This document shows, piece by piece, positions 1 through 9,760 of a stretch of DNA of 64,000 nucleotides; position 1 is the first letter of the stretch; each line of letters opens with the position of its first letter. The translations under genes were made by a program, and so were the position numbers. The notes under the pieces were generated by a model. That model saw only the letters and a program-made list of their open reading frames with translations. It was not told the origin of the DNA and made no database searches. This DNA comes from Methanothrix sp. (lineage in GTDB: Archaea > Halobacteriota > Methanosarcinia > Methanotrichales > Methanotrichaceae), in NCBI GenBank assembly GCA_963682135.1, contig OY821645.1, positions 384,001 through 448,000 on the forward strand, written 5' to 3'.

Positions 1-2
1 TT

Positions 3-1379
3 TTTCACGATGAGCCCACCATCGAGGCATTAAGCAAGATGGGTCTTGACTATTCTGCCGCAGGCAACCATGAATTCGATGAAGGCGTATCTGAGCTGCA
101 GCGCATGCAGCATGGCTGTTGCCACCAGGTCGACGGCTGCCAGGATAAGGATCGATTTGTGGGGGCGGGCTACTATTACCTCACGGCAAATGTGGTCAAT
201 AACAGTACTAACAACACGCTTTTTCCGCCCTACGAGGTCCGGGAGATAGAGGGAATCCCGGTGGCTTTTATTGGCGTATCCCTGAAAAATACTCCCACCG
301 TTGTTACGCCATCAGGTGTCAGGGGCTTCTCTTTCCTGGATGAGGCTGATTCGATCAATGCCGTTGTTCGGGAGCTTAAGGAAAAGGGCATTAAGACAAT
401 TATTGTCCTGATTCATAATGGCGGCCAACAGGATGGACTGCCCAGCGAGAGCCGAAATTTCTCCGGGTCCATCATTGACATTGTCAAACGCAGCGATAAA
501 GAGGTAGATGTATTTGTCACCGGGCATACTCATGAGTATTATGTCTCCAACATTGATGGGCGCATTGTGACCCAGGCAGGCTGGCAAGGCAAGTTCATTA
601 CCGATATCGATCTGGTCATAAGCAAAGAAACGGGGGACGTTCTCCTGGCCAGAGCCAAGAACGTGGCCGTCACCCGTGACGTACCCAAAGATGCAGATGT
701 ATTTGAAATTGTAGAAAAGTACTCGGCATTGGAAGAACCATTGACTCAAAAAGTAATCGGATCGATAACTGGGGATATTCTCAAGAAGCCGAGCAATTCA
801 GGCGAATTGGCTACAGGCGAATCGGCTTTGGGAGACGTCGTCGCCGACTCACAGCTCTACTCTGCAAGAGAAGCTGGCGCAGTAGTCGCTTTCATGAATA
901 TTGGTGGTATTCGCACCGATCTATTTTACAGAGCGAGCGATAACGAGGGTGCAGGCAATGTGACCTATGGCGAGGCTTTCAGTGTGCAGCCCTTTGGCAA
1001 TAGCATATATACTGTGAATCTGACGGGAAGCCAGATCGATGAGCTGCTGGAGGAGCAATTCGACAATCCAGAAGTCGAGAGAAATAGCATTCTTCAGGTC
1101 TCTCGCGGCTTTTTCTACACCTGGAACAAGAGTGCTCCCACCGGTCAGAAGGTCGATATCAGCTCCATCAAGATCAATGGAACGGCCATAGATCCAGAGG
1201 GAAGCTATCGCATCGCTGCCAATCTATTCCTGGCGGACGGGGGAGATAACTTCAGCGTCTTCAAATCAGGTGTGGATCGGGTCTGCGGAGTTAGCGATCT
1301 TGATGCCTTTGTGGAATACTTCCAGGCGTTCTCGCCTGTATCGCCCGGAAAGATGGATCGGATTGCAGTTATAGGTTAG
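3..1379 (+). CDS. Bifunctional metallophosphatase/5'-nucleotidase (5'-truncated by window edge)
   Basis: Frame is open from position 3 (FHDEPTIEALSKMGLD...). GNHEFD, LIHNG and TGHTH metallophosphatase motifs; 5'-nucleotidase C-domain (NIGGIR, QPFGN, FLADGGDNF). Confidence 0.92.
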   Translation, partial: FHDEPTIEALSKMGLDYSAAGNHEFDEGVSELQRMQHGCCHQVDGCQDKDRFVGAGYYYLTANVVNNSTNNTLFPPYEVREIEGIPVAFIGVSLKNTPTVVTPSGVRGFSFLDEADSINAVVRELKEKGIKTIIVLIHNGGQQDGLPSESRNFSGSIIDIVKRSDKEVDVFVTGHTHEYYVSNIDGRIVTQAGWQGKFITDIDLVISKETGDVLLARAKNVAVTRDVPKDADVFEIVEKYSALEEPLTQKVIGSITGDILKKPSNSGELATGESALGDVVADSQLYSAREAGAVVAFMNIGGIRTDLFYRASDNEGAGNVTYGEAFSVQPFGNSIYTVNLTGSQIDELLEEQFDNPEVERNSILQVSRGFFYTWNKSAPTGQKVDISSIKINGTAIDPEGSYRIAANLFLADGGDNFSVFKSGVDRVCGVSDLDAFVEYFQAFSPVSPGKMDRIAVIG

Positions 1380-1506
1380 CCGATTAGGTAGAAAGAGTAG
1401 GCTTAAGATCCCAGGCGGAGCAGTACCGGCGTCTTGGTGCCAGCTTCCTGGTCTGGGATCTCTTAAAATCAAGGGTATTAGAGCTTGAAGCACTAAGATT
1501 GAGATT

Positions 1507-1968
1507 TCAAACCCCACTCACCCCTATATCACAGGCCTTGCTGCCGATCTCGCAGATCCGACAGACCTCGTGCTCTTCATCTAGCTGGCGGGATGCCGTG
1601 GCCAACACGCTGGCGCTTAAAATGTTTCCCGCAAGAAATACAGCAGCTGCAATCTGATCATCCGGAACGCCTAAATTTGAAGCTAACCGGATATGCAATT
1701 TTAAGCAGTGACTGCATCTCATGGCAGCCGAGACTGAAATGGATATAAGCTCTATGGTTTTGGCATCTAATGCAGAGCTCCTCAGAATGGAATTGTTGTA
1801 GAGCACTTTCGTTATCAGAATATCTGGATTATCCTTCATGAATGAAAATACATAAGGAACTTCACCATAGGTCTCCTCTACAGCTTGCATGATGTCTTCT
1901 GCAGCCTTCTCCTTGCCTTTGGCCAAAATGGCATCCAGCTCATCATCTAAACTTATGATCATATCCAT
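1507..1968 (-). CDS. Carboxymuconolactone decarboxylase/AhpD family protein
   Basis: LDAKTIELISISVSAAMRCSHCLKLH: AhpD-like CxxC..H core. Confidence 0.85.
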   Translation of the reverse strand: MDMIISLDDELDAILAKGKEKAAEDIMQAVEETYGEVPYVFSFMKDNPDILITKVLYNNSILRSSALDAKTIELISISVSAAMRCSHCLKLHIRLASNLGVPDDQIAAAVFLAGNILSASVLATASRQLDEEHEVCRICEIGSKACDIGVSGV

Positions 1969-2012
1969 CTCCTAAAGGATTACATAAATTCAAAAAAGTG
2001 TTCTTTACCAAA

Positions 2013-2159
2013 TTATCCTGATAATTTTACAAATGATAATCCGGCTAGAGCTACCAATGCATCACCTACCAACATATACATTGTTGCTCCTCCTGAGACA
2101 AGTATTGCTCCAATTCCTACTATAAATAAAACAGCCGGTATGATTGCCCCTATTCCCAT
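2013..2159 (-). CDS. Small 48-aa membrane protein (below the ORF-track cutoff)
   Basis: Hand translation MGIGAIIPAVLFIVGIGAILVSGGATMYMLVGDALVALAGLSFVKLSG*. Strong GGAGGAGG RBS upstream; two hydrophobic segments; co-oriented with the AhpD gene. Confidence 0.6.
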   Translation of the reverse strand: MGIGAIIPAVLFIVGIGAILVSGGATMYMLVGDALVALAGLSFVKLSG

Positions 2160-2201
2160 ATCATTACCTCCTCCACGCCATCAGATTTGCCCTTGCATCC
2201 T

Positions 2202-2390
2202 TTACGGATACATGCTAATTACAGCGGCTACGATCACAAATATCGCTGCAAAACCCATTACCAGTTTATGTGTCTCAGGCATAAGATGCACCTGTTTATC
2301 CATGCCTGGAAACCATTTAGGATTATGCTCAACAACCCATGCGATCCATTTCTCATGTTGAAGCATGGCATCAGATTTCTGTACGGCCAT
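2202..2390 (-). CDS. Small 62-aa protein with C-terminal TM helix
   Basis: AAGGTGG RBS before ATG; hydrophobic C-terminus LVMGFAAIFVIVAAVISMYP; co-oriented with downstream genes. Confidence 0.55.
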   Translation of the reverse strand: MAVQKSDAMLQHEKWIAWVVEHNPKWFPGMDKQVHLMPETHKLVMGFAAIFVIVAAVISMYP

Positions 2391-2903
2391 AGTCCACCTT
2401 CATCTCCTCTCTTCTTCGTCCTTGCACAGATGGGGAAACAGGCCAGAAGATCCTTCAGCTCCTTCAGCTTCTGGCCTGCATCGATTGCTGGCTAGGACAT
2501 TGAGCTACATTATCTACTAGCTTATCAATATTGTGGTAAAAAGACATAAATATTACCCTTTTACGCTAAAATTTACTAATTAATTTTTCAATAAATAGTA
2601 GAAATACATAAATATGAAAAACGGAAATCCCCTCGAAAGGTATTTTACCCTAAAAAACAGTAGCCTGGGAATGTGGGACAAAGTGATGGTCTAATTTCTG
2701 TTAATATATTAGAAGCCAGGCTTTGGGGCATATGCGACAGGAGATGAGGCCGGCCTTGCTGGATCAGCCAGAAAACCAGCACGAAAATCAATATTCAGTT
2801 TTGCCTGCTCGGAGAAGATTTATAAAGCATCAGAAGGATAAATTCAAAAATTAACTCAGGTAGATGGAGAACATCAAATAAAAATGAAGAGGCGCATTAC
2901 TAA

Positions 2904-3365
2904 ATGCCCAGCATCAAATATACCAGAATAGAGATAACTTCCAATGCCTACAGGTCTTTAGAAGCAGAAGCCATATTACAGGGTAAGACTCTAAAGAAAT
3001 TGGCTTCGGAATTGATACTAAAAGGTGTCTCCAAGAAAGCTATAGATTTTGTCAAGGAATCTCCTGAGCCGTCTATTTTTAGCGAGCCTGATATGAAACT
3101 TGACGAAAAAACCGCAGAAATTATCGAACGGATAGGCGCTGTGGGAATTCATATTAGCGACGCGACACTAAAGTCGGTTAAAGAAGCTATTTTACATGAT
3201 GGCTTTCAAGGAGCAATGCTGCATGTTGCCCAGAATACTGCCTCTTTGGAAAGAGATGAGCTTCACCGGGTGCTAGCCATCTGCAGGAGCAATAAGCTTT
3301 CGATAAAGATAGCTGCCTACCTCATCGAAAATTTAAATGAAATAGAATCAGGCAAATGGAAGTAA
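2904..3365 (+). CDS. Hypothetical protein with possible N-terminal ribbon-helix-helix domain
   Basis: 153-aa ORF; TRIEIT..AYRSLEAEA..GKTLKKLASELI pattern; TTTATAAA box at 2819-2826. Confidence 0.65.
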   Translation: MPSIKYTRIEITSNAYRSLEAEAILQGKTLKKLASELILKGVSKKAIDFVKESPEPSIFSEPDMKLDEKTAEIIERIGAVGIHISDATLKSVKEAILHDGFQGAMLHVAQNTASLERDELHRVLAICRSNKLSIKIAAYLIENLNEIESGKWK

Positions 3366-3389
3366 TACATATAAGTGACGGGCATACAG

Positions 3390-3914
3390 GACTTCTCGCA
3401 GTTTATTGAGGCAAAAGTCGAGGTTGATACCGATTCTATTTTAAGAAAACGGCAGAAGTTTGGCCGTTTTGTCCTTGCCACTAATAAAATGGATCTGGAA
3501 GGGGAGACCACTCTTGCCAATTAAAAAGGGCAACAGAAGGTTGAGCATGGATTTCGCTTCTTTAAGGATAAATGCTTTCATGCTGCAAAGATCTATCTCA
3601 AGAAAGAGGAGCTAACAGAATCGCTAGCCATGATCATGGTTCTCGCTCTTCTCGTCTATGCTTTCGCGAATGGATCTTAAGGAAAAAACTAAGTTAAACC
3701 GGACTGTACCCAATCAGCTCAAAAAACCGACCCAAAAACCAACTATGAGATGAGTGTTCCCGATTTTTATGGGGGTCACACACACGGTATTGATTGAAGA
3801 CGGTCATGTGGTCAAAACAATAGTTCACCTAACCCAAGAACAGGTAACGATACTCAAGCTACTTGGACCGGAATGCAAAATACTATGGGTTGTAGGGTTA
3901 ATGCGGAATGTGGG
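3390..3914 (+). mobile_element. IS1634-family transposase 3' remnant with right terminal IR
   Basis: Interrupted frames encode GRFVLATN, VEHGFRFFKD, SLAMIMVLALLVYAF and PNQLKKPTQKPTMR; ends in TGCGGAATGTGGG (3902-3914). Confidence 0.8.
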
Positions 3915-3916
3915 AT

Positions 3917-4041
3917 AATTGTCCTTATTGTGGATTATCGATAGATCGAGATCTCAATGCTGCTCTTAACATCGCAAGACTGGGGCTAAAGTCTTTGGCA
4001 TCAGCCTAGATGCCCGCCAATTCATTGGCGGGAGTCGTCAC
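3917..4041 (+). mobile_element. tnpB: IS200/IS605 tnpB 3' remnant plus right end
   Basis: 3917-4009 translates NCPYCGLSIDRDLNAALNIARLGLKSLASA* (Zn ribbon + RuvC-III). Subterminal hairpin CCCGCCAAT-tc-ATTGGCGGG (4013-4032), ending TCAC. Confidence 0.8.
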
Positions 4042-4140
4042 AGATTCTTCTAGCGTACCACAGTTTTCTAAAAGTAATATATATATAGTACGTTTCTCTT
4101 TTACGTTTACAACTAAATCAGCCTGGGGTAAGGATTTCCT

Positions 4141-4773
4141 GTGTACCTAACTAAAATTTATAAAAATAGCAGCTGCATAGATGGGGAGGGCATATTTGCA
4201 GGAGAACCAATACCAAAAGGAACCATAGTATTTTATTATAGCAGCAATGATATTTATGTATCCAGAAAAAAATTTCAGTCATTATCTAATTTCGAAAAAC
4301 AACAAATATATAAACTTGGCGTAGAGGATGAAAACGGAAATTGGATTGTTACAGATGGTGATGCTAACCATAGTTGTGATGCCAATATTCTTTCAATATT
4401 CGTTGATGGTCTCTACTGCGACATCGCAGTCAAAGACATCCGGATCGGAGAAGAGATCACCATTGATTACGGCCTCTTCTACAGTTCATTTCCATGGGAG
4501 ATGACATGCAGATGCCATTCATGCAACTGCCGCGGAATTTTCGGATCGGCCATTGCAATCGATTCCCAAACACAGGAACTATGGCATTCAAGAATCTCCG
4601 AGGCCGCAGGTCGAATCCTCCATGTAAGGCAGGCCTTATTCTCCCGAGAAGATGAGTCTGCGAGAGCACTGACCTTTGCGTTAAGATCAAGACATAGTCC
4701 TAAGATATTTCCTTATATCAAGTTCTCCTTGATTAGCACCTATCCTGAAAATGAGGATGCAGTCATGAGATGA
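4141..4773 (+). CDS. SET-domain protein-lysine methyltransferase with post-SET
   Basis: GEGIFA, ANHSCDAN, GEEITIDYG and post-SET CRCHSCNCRG motifs. Confidence 0.85.
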   Translation: MYLTKIYKNSSCIDGEGIFAGEPIPKGTIVFYYSSNDIYVSRKKFQSLSNFEKQQIYKLGVEDENGNWIVTDGDANHSCDANILSIFVDGLYCDIAVKDIRIGEEITIDYGLFYSSFPWEMTCRCHSCNCRGIFGSAIAIDSQTQELWHSRISEAAGRILHVRQALFSREDESARALTFALRSRHSPKIFPYIKFSLISTYPENEDAVMR

Positions 4774-5394
4774 ATGGTTTGCTTTCAAATCCATATAAAA
4801 TAAAAATCGCCAAATGCTTGGCGAAAGTAATCATCCAAAAATGAGAAGAGCCGCCCAAATAACCTCTCTCGCTTCTATTTTTGCTTTTTCTTCTCTGGCT
4901 CTGCAAAGAGCTCATAGCCTCTCCTGCTCCTGCATGCTCGCAGTACCTTTTCAGCCTTCTGCATTTCGAATTTGCGCTCACGTTTCAACTTTCTATCTCT
5001 GGCTTCACTCATGATTTCACACTCTTCCTTTTTGGTATTGATTTTCGCTTTTGCCTTTGGCTTTCGGCTTTTTTAGCTTTGTCCTCATCTGCCGCCGGTC
5101 CCAAGATTTCGATATCTCAGACTATCTAAAGCCACTGGTATATGCACGTAACGCCTTCATTGCCAATCTCCTCCTAGTATATCTATTTTCTTGCAGGCAG
5201 TTCTACTTAAAAGCCATTTGGCTTTGCGGGCCGCGAAGCTATCGAGCCTGGGCTAATGAGGTCAGTATTAATCGTGGCAATCGTGGTTGAAGCATCGCGA
5301 CAATGATATATAGAGTATTCTCGCCAAAGCTCGCTTGCGCGCCGAGCAACACAAGTTTATTTAAATTAAGTCTACTGCCGTTGGTTTCATATAG

Positions 5395-6459
5395 GTGCAG
5401 ACTGAGCCTATATTCATGCCAAACTGGATCTATCCCGATTTCGAGCCACTTCCCCAGCGGCCATTATTTCTTTGCATCATCTCCAATACCGACACCGGTA
5501 AGATTCCCGGCTTATCTGCCGCCGGAACCACGCCGGAACTGACCGACTACACCCCGGGCGCCGATGCCGAGCTGGTGGAGACCAACCGCATCATCACCAT
5601 GCCCGAGCTGCCGGAAGCACCCGGCGGCTCACCTACTCCTGCTATCGTCACCAAGGCAGCTTTGAACCTGACCGGCATACCTTCCTTATTCGTGGCCTCA
5701 GGCCTTCGTAAGAAGCCGGCCGTTCCCTATGCAGAGCTGGGCGGATCTGCAGGCAGCGACATTCGCAATGATCCCGCGGTTGCGAAAGCCTGCGAGCTCT
5801 ATGAAAATGCCGTAATGCTTGGAAAGAAGCTCGCCAGACTCTCTGACTGCATCTTTATCGGTGAGTCCATCGCCGGAGGCACGACCACAGCTATGGCCGT
5901 TCTCTGGGCTCTGGGCTATGATGTCAATGTGAGCAGCAGTTTCCAGTCCAATCCCACTGCACTCAAGCAGAGCGTGGTTGCTAAAGCATTTCAGCGGGCC
6001 GGCATCAATGTCGGCAGCCTGAAGAATGATCCTTTTAGAGCAATCGAGCAGGTGGGCGATCCCATGATGGCCGCGGCTCTGGGACTCATGCAAGGCCTGA
6101 GGGGCTGCCGGGTGGTCTTGGCCGGCGGCACTCAGATGGCCGCGGTGCTGGCTCTGGGAAAAGCCCTGAAGGTCGAGGGAGACATTAGCATCGCTACAAC
6201 CAAGTATATTGTGGAGGACAAGACGGCCAACTTCAGGGAGATCGTAGAAGCTACCGGTCGGCCTTACTATTACTCAGATCCGGGATTGGAGAACTCCAAA
6301 ATCCCTCCTGTGCAAATCTATGCCAAGGGCTACGTCAAAGAGGGGGTGGGCATGGGTGGAGCGGCCCTTCTGGCCGGGATTTATGGATTCAGTCAGATGC
6401 AGCTCGTCGAAGAGACGGACCGGGTGCTCATGACGGTGGAGCTTCCCAAGAAATGTTAG
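5395..6459 (+). CDS. cobT: Archaeal-type nicotinate-nucleotide:benzimidazole phosphoribosyltransferase
   Basis: IPGLSAAG, PTPAIVT, GESIAGGTTTA, LAGGTQM and GYVKEGVGMGG motifs. Confidence 0.88.
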   Translation: MQTEPIFMPNWIYPDFEPLPQRPLFLCIISNTDTGKIPGLSAAGTTPELTDYTPGADAELVETNRIITMPELPEAPGGSPTPAIVTKAALNLTGIPSLFVASGLRKKPAVPYAELGGSAGSDIRNDPAVAKACELYENAVMLGKKLARLSDCIFIGESIAGGTTTAMAVLWALGYDVNVSSSFQSNPTALKQSVVAKAFQRAGINVGSLKNDPFRAIEQVGDPMMAAALGLMQGLRGCRVVLAGGTQMAAVLALGKALKVEGDISIATTKYIVEDKTANFREIVEATGRPYYYSDPGLENSKIPPVQIYAKGYVKEGVGMGGAALLAGIYGFSQMQLVEETDRVLMTVELPKKC

Positions 6460-7487
6460 CTGCTGTTCTAAAAGCTCCGGGTGTTATGGAGCTGGACGAT
6501 ATTCCTGATCCGTTGACCCCCAAGGGGGGAGCCCTGCTGGAGATATTGGCCTGCGCCGTGTGCGGCACAGATCTCAAGATGCGAGAGCATGGCCACCGTG
6601 ACCTGGATCTTCCCCGCGTGCTGGGGCATGAGATGGTAGGCAGGATCGTCGAAATTGATAGAGACTCATCTCTGGCCGAAGGAGACGAAGTACAGCTGTG
6701 GCCGGGCGTCGCCTGCGGAAAATGCAGGCCCTGCCAGCAGGGTGCCGATAACCTTTGCCCAGAGATCGGGATCATGGGCTTCAACTGCGACGGAGGTTTT
6801 GCCCAGCTTCTGGCCCTGCCGGGAGAGAGCTTACCAGGGGGCGTGAATCTGCTGCCGGGAAATTTCGATCCGGCTATTGCCGCTCTGGCTGAGCCTTTAG
6901 CGTGTTGCATCAACGGCCAGGAGCAGGCCTGCGTCGGTCGGGATGATCGGATTCTCATCTACGGCGGAGGGCCCATCGGTGCTCTGCACGTCCTTTTAGC
7001 CGAGCTTCACGAGGCTAGGAAGATAATAGTAACAGAGAGAATTCCCGGCCGCATCCGAGAGCTTAGAAGGCACACAAGCGCAGTGGTTGTCAATCCTGCG
7101 GAAGAGTCCGGGAAGGCCCTCCTGGCCGCAGAGATCGGCAGAGAAGGCGTGGACGTCATACTCACCGCTACACCGGAGGTGCGGGTGGAGGGGGGTCTTC
7201 AGAAGCTGCTCTCTCCAGGCGGAAGGATCTGCATCTTCTCCGGACCGTCTCCGGGAAACAATCAGGAGATTATCGACCTAAGCTCTATTCACTATCATGA
7301 GCTTACCCTCTGCGGGGCCTACGGCTGTAGCAGTCGGCAAAACCGGCAAGCCGTTGAGCTTTTAACGTCCGGCATGATCAAGGCCGGCTGGCTTATTACC
7401 AAGAGGACGAGTCTTGCCGGAATTGATGATGCATTTTTACATTCGTCTCAAAGAAGAGGGATGAAATCAGTTGTTTGCATGAGTTAA
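6453..7487 (+). CDS. Zn-dependent medium-chain alcohol dehydrogenase (threonine/polyol dehydrogenase-like)
   Basis: CGTD, GHE, CGKCRPC...C Zn ligands; EPLAC; GGGPIG Rossmann motif. Overlaps the cobT stop. Confidence 0.88.
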   Translation: MLAAVLKAPGVMELDDIPDPLTPKGGALLEILACAVCGTDLKMREHGHRDLDLPRVLGHEMVGRIVEIDRDSSLAEGDEVQLWPGVACGKCRPCQQGADNLCPEIGIMGFNCDGGFAQLLALPGESLPGGVNLLPGNFDPAIAALAEPLACCINGQEQACVGRDDRILIYGGGPIGALHVLLAELHEARKIIVTERIPGRIRELRRHTSAVVVNPAEESGKALLAAEIGREGVDVILTATPEVRVEGGLQKLLSPGGRICIFSGPSPGNNQEIIDLSSIHYHELTLCGAYGCSSRQNRQAVELLTSGMIKAGWLITKRTSLAGIDDAFLHSSQRRGMKSVVCMS

Positions 7488-7545
7488 TGGACAGATTAAG
7501 TCGTCTAAGCGATTAGCTGAAAGCCATTTTAATAATGCGAAGGAC

Positions 7546-8664
7546 ATGATAATGAAAGACAGTCTGGGATATTTTGGCAGCCGGGTGGACGGGCTGATTA
7601 GGGGCAGCAACCTGACGAGAGTTGAGGCGTCCTTTCTTTTCAAGCAGATTTTGAATAACCAGCAGCCCGATTTGCAGCAGGGCGCTTTCCTGGCCGCCAT
7701 AACCGCCAAAGGTGCTACGCCCGCGGAGATCGCAGGCATCTGGGAAGCCATTTACGAAATAGACACCGTGCAGGTCCATCCTGATGTAAACGGCCCTCTG
7801 GTGGATAATTGCGGCACCGGCATGGACGGCATCAAGACCTTCAACATCAGTACCGCTGCATCGCTGGTGGCAGCCGGCGACGGCATAACAATGGCCAAAC
7901 ATGGAGCGCGGGCCATAACCTCAAAATGCGGCGCCATCGATATCCTGGAGACTCTTGGGGTCGATGTGGAATGCGACGCGGATTTGGTGAAAAGAAGCAT
8001 TGAGTGCGCCGGCATCGGCATCTTCAACGGCATGAGTGCCAAGGTGCACCCCTCTGCCCTCTACAGAATCTTATCTCAGATCAGATTCGGCACAATCCTC
8101 AATGTGGCCGGGTCTCTGGCCAACCCGGCCAGGCCTGCCTATGCCGTGCGGGGTGTCTACTCCGAGAAAATGGTGCAGCCCATCGCCGAGTCCATGAGAG
8201 AGATCGGCTACAAAAGAGCCTTTGTCGTACATGGCAGGAGCCGGGATGATATGCGCGGCATGGATGAGCTCTCCACCTTAGGCAGATCCTTTGTAGCAGA
8301 ACTAACTGAAGATGGAATGATTCGAACCTATGCCATAAAAGCGGAGGACCTGGGAGCAGGAGAAGCTGATGAATCATCTATCCTTTACAGCAGCGACAAA
8401 GAGGCAGAAGCCATTAACCTGCTGCGGGTTTTGGCAGGGGAGGATCATAGCTGCAGGAGAGATATCGTATGCTTGAATGCGGCACCTATACTCTGCATTA
8501 CCGATCATGCCCGCGACCTGCGTGATGGCATGCAAAAGGCCGCAGATATCATAGATTGCGGCAAGCCCATAAAAAAGCTAAAAGCCTGGGTGGCGGAGCA
8601 AAACCAGAATGCTGGCCGGCCACTGGAAAAATTAGAGGAGATGCTGGCCCTGGCATGCGCCTGA
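7546..8664 (+). CDS. trpD: Anthranilate phosphoribosyltransferase family protein
   Basis: DNCGTGMDG, TFNIST, KHGARAITSKCG and GMDELS motifs. Confidence 0.85.
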   Translation: MIMKDSLGYFGSRVDGLIRGSNLTRVEASFLFKQILNNQQPDLQQGAFLAAITAKGATPAEIAGIWEAIYEIDTVQVHPDVNGPLVDNCGTGMDGIKTFNISTAASLVAAGDGITMAKHGARAITSKCGAIDILETLGVDVECDADLVKRSIECAGIGIFNGMSAKVHPSALYRILSQIRFGTILNVAGSLANPARPAYAVRGVYSEKMVQPIAESMREIGYKRAFVVHGRSRDDMRGMDELSTLGRSFVAELTEDGMIRTYAIKAEDLGAGEADESSILYSSDKEAEAINLLRVLAGEDHSCRRDIVCLNAAPILCITDHARDLRDGMQKAADIIDCGKPIKKLKAWVAEQNQNAGRPLEKLEEMLALACA

Positions 8665-8722
8665 TATTATAGGCATAACAAATATCTATCAGAGAAACAA
8701 GATGTCCTTTCAGTTGTAATGC

Positions 8723-9760
8723 ATGGACTTTGATCCCGGTAAATGGTGCTCTGAACATAGAGGAATGCTGATCATAGCTCTGGCCTCTGTGCTCATGATA
8801 TTCTATTTCTTCTTCCCTTTTCTGGACGGCATAATCCTGGGTACCGTCTTCGCCTACGTGGGCAAGCCCATCCGGGATAAATTCGGCAAGAGAAAGCGGC
8901 TGGGGTCATTGGCTGCCGCCGTTTGCATAGTATTGCCTATCTTTCTGATCCTGGGGATGGGAATGATAGAAATTGCCAACCAGATCTTGATCCTGGCTAA
9001 AAACCAAGAGGCGATCAGAACTGCTCTTGGCATTCTGACGGAGCAGACCTCTCAGAATCTGACACCATGGATGAAGGATCTATTGACCAGCAGCCTGGAG
9101 AATGCCGCAAGCACCATTGCCCCCATCGCCTCCTCCGTCCCCGTCTTTCATATTGGAAGAGTTGCCTCTTTGGGAATCATCAACTTCATAGTCTCCATCC
9201 CGGTCTGTTACTTCGTGCTGGTGGATGGAGAGAGCTTTGTGGAATCGATAATATCTTTGCTGCCGCAAAGAGAGAAAGAAGCGTATAGAAAATACATGAG
9301 CCGCATCGATTATATCTTGAGCGGCATCTATATCGGCACGATTTATACCTCCATTTTGGGAAGCATCATAGCCGCTTTCATCTTCTATGCCTTCAGTCTG
9401 CCCAGACCTTTTGCCCTGGCCAGCATCGTCTTTGTGGCCGGAATGGTTCCCTTCCTCACCTCCTGGGTGGTCATCATTCCTGTGACAATTTACCGATATT
9501 TCGCGGAAGGAATGCAAGGCGCGGCCGTTTTCTTCCTTCTATCTTCCATGCTCATCTACCTGCCTTCGGAGCTCCTAATCCGGCCATACCTGGTGGCGGC
9601 CAAATCCTCCTTGCATCCTTTGCTGGTAATGCTTTCCTTTATAGGAGGAGCTCTGGTGGCGGGCATAGGAGGTTTCTTCCTGGCCCCTGCCATAATGGGC
9701 ATAATAGTAGGAATATATCAGGTACGTAGAGAAGAGATGAAGAGCCCGGAAGAAGCATGA
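8723..9760 (+). CDS. AI-2E (PerM) family transporter
   Basis: Multi-TM protein; IRPYL..LHPLLVMLSFIGG...GGFFLAP motif. Confidence 0.85.
   Translation: MDFDPGKWCSEHRGMLIIALASVLMIFYFFFPFLDGIILGTVFAYVGKPIRDKFGKRKRLGSLAAAVCIVLPIFLILGMGMIEIANQILILAKNQEAIRTALGILTEQTSQNLTPWMKDLLTSSLENAASTIAPIASSVPVFHIGRVASLGIINFIVSIPVCYFVLVDGESFVESIISLLPQREKEAYRKYMSRIDYILSGIYIGTIYTSILGSIIAAFIFYAFSLPRPFALASIVFVAGMVPFLTSWVVIIPVTIYRYFAEGMQGAAVFFLLSSMLIYLPSELLIRPYLVAAKSSLHPLLVMLSFIGGALVAGIGGFFLAPAIMGIIVGIYQVRREEMKSPEEA

Noticed and set aside
4780-5300. Short Lys/Arg-rich minus-strand ORFs, one with an in-frame TAG
   Set aside because: No recognisable homology and no evidence for pyrrolysine machinery in the window; likely decayed or non-coding.
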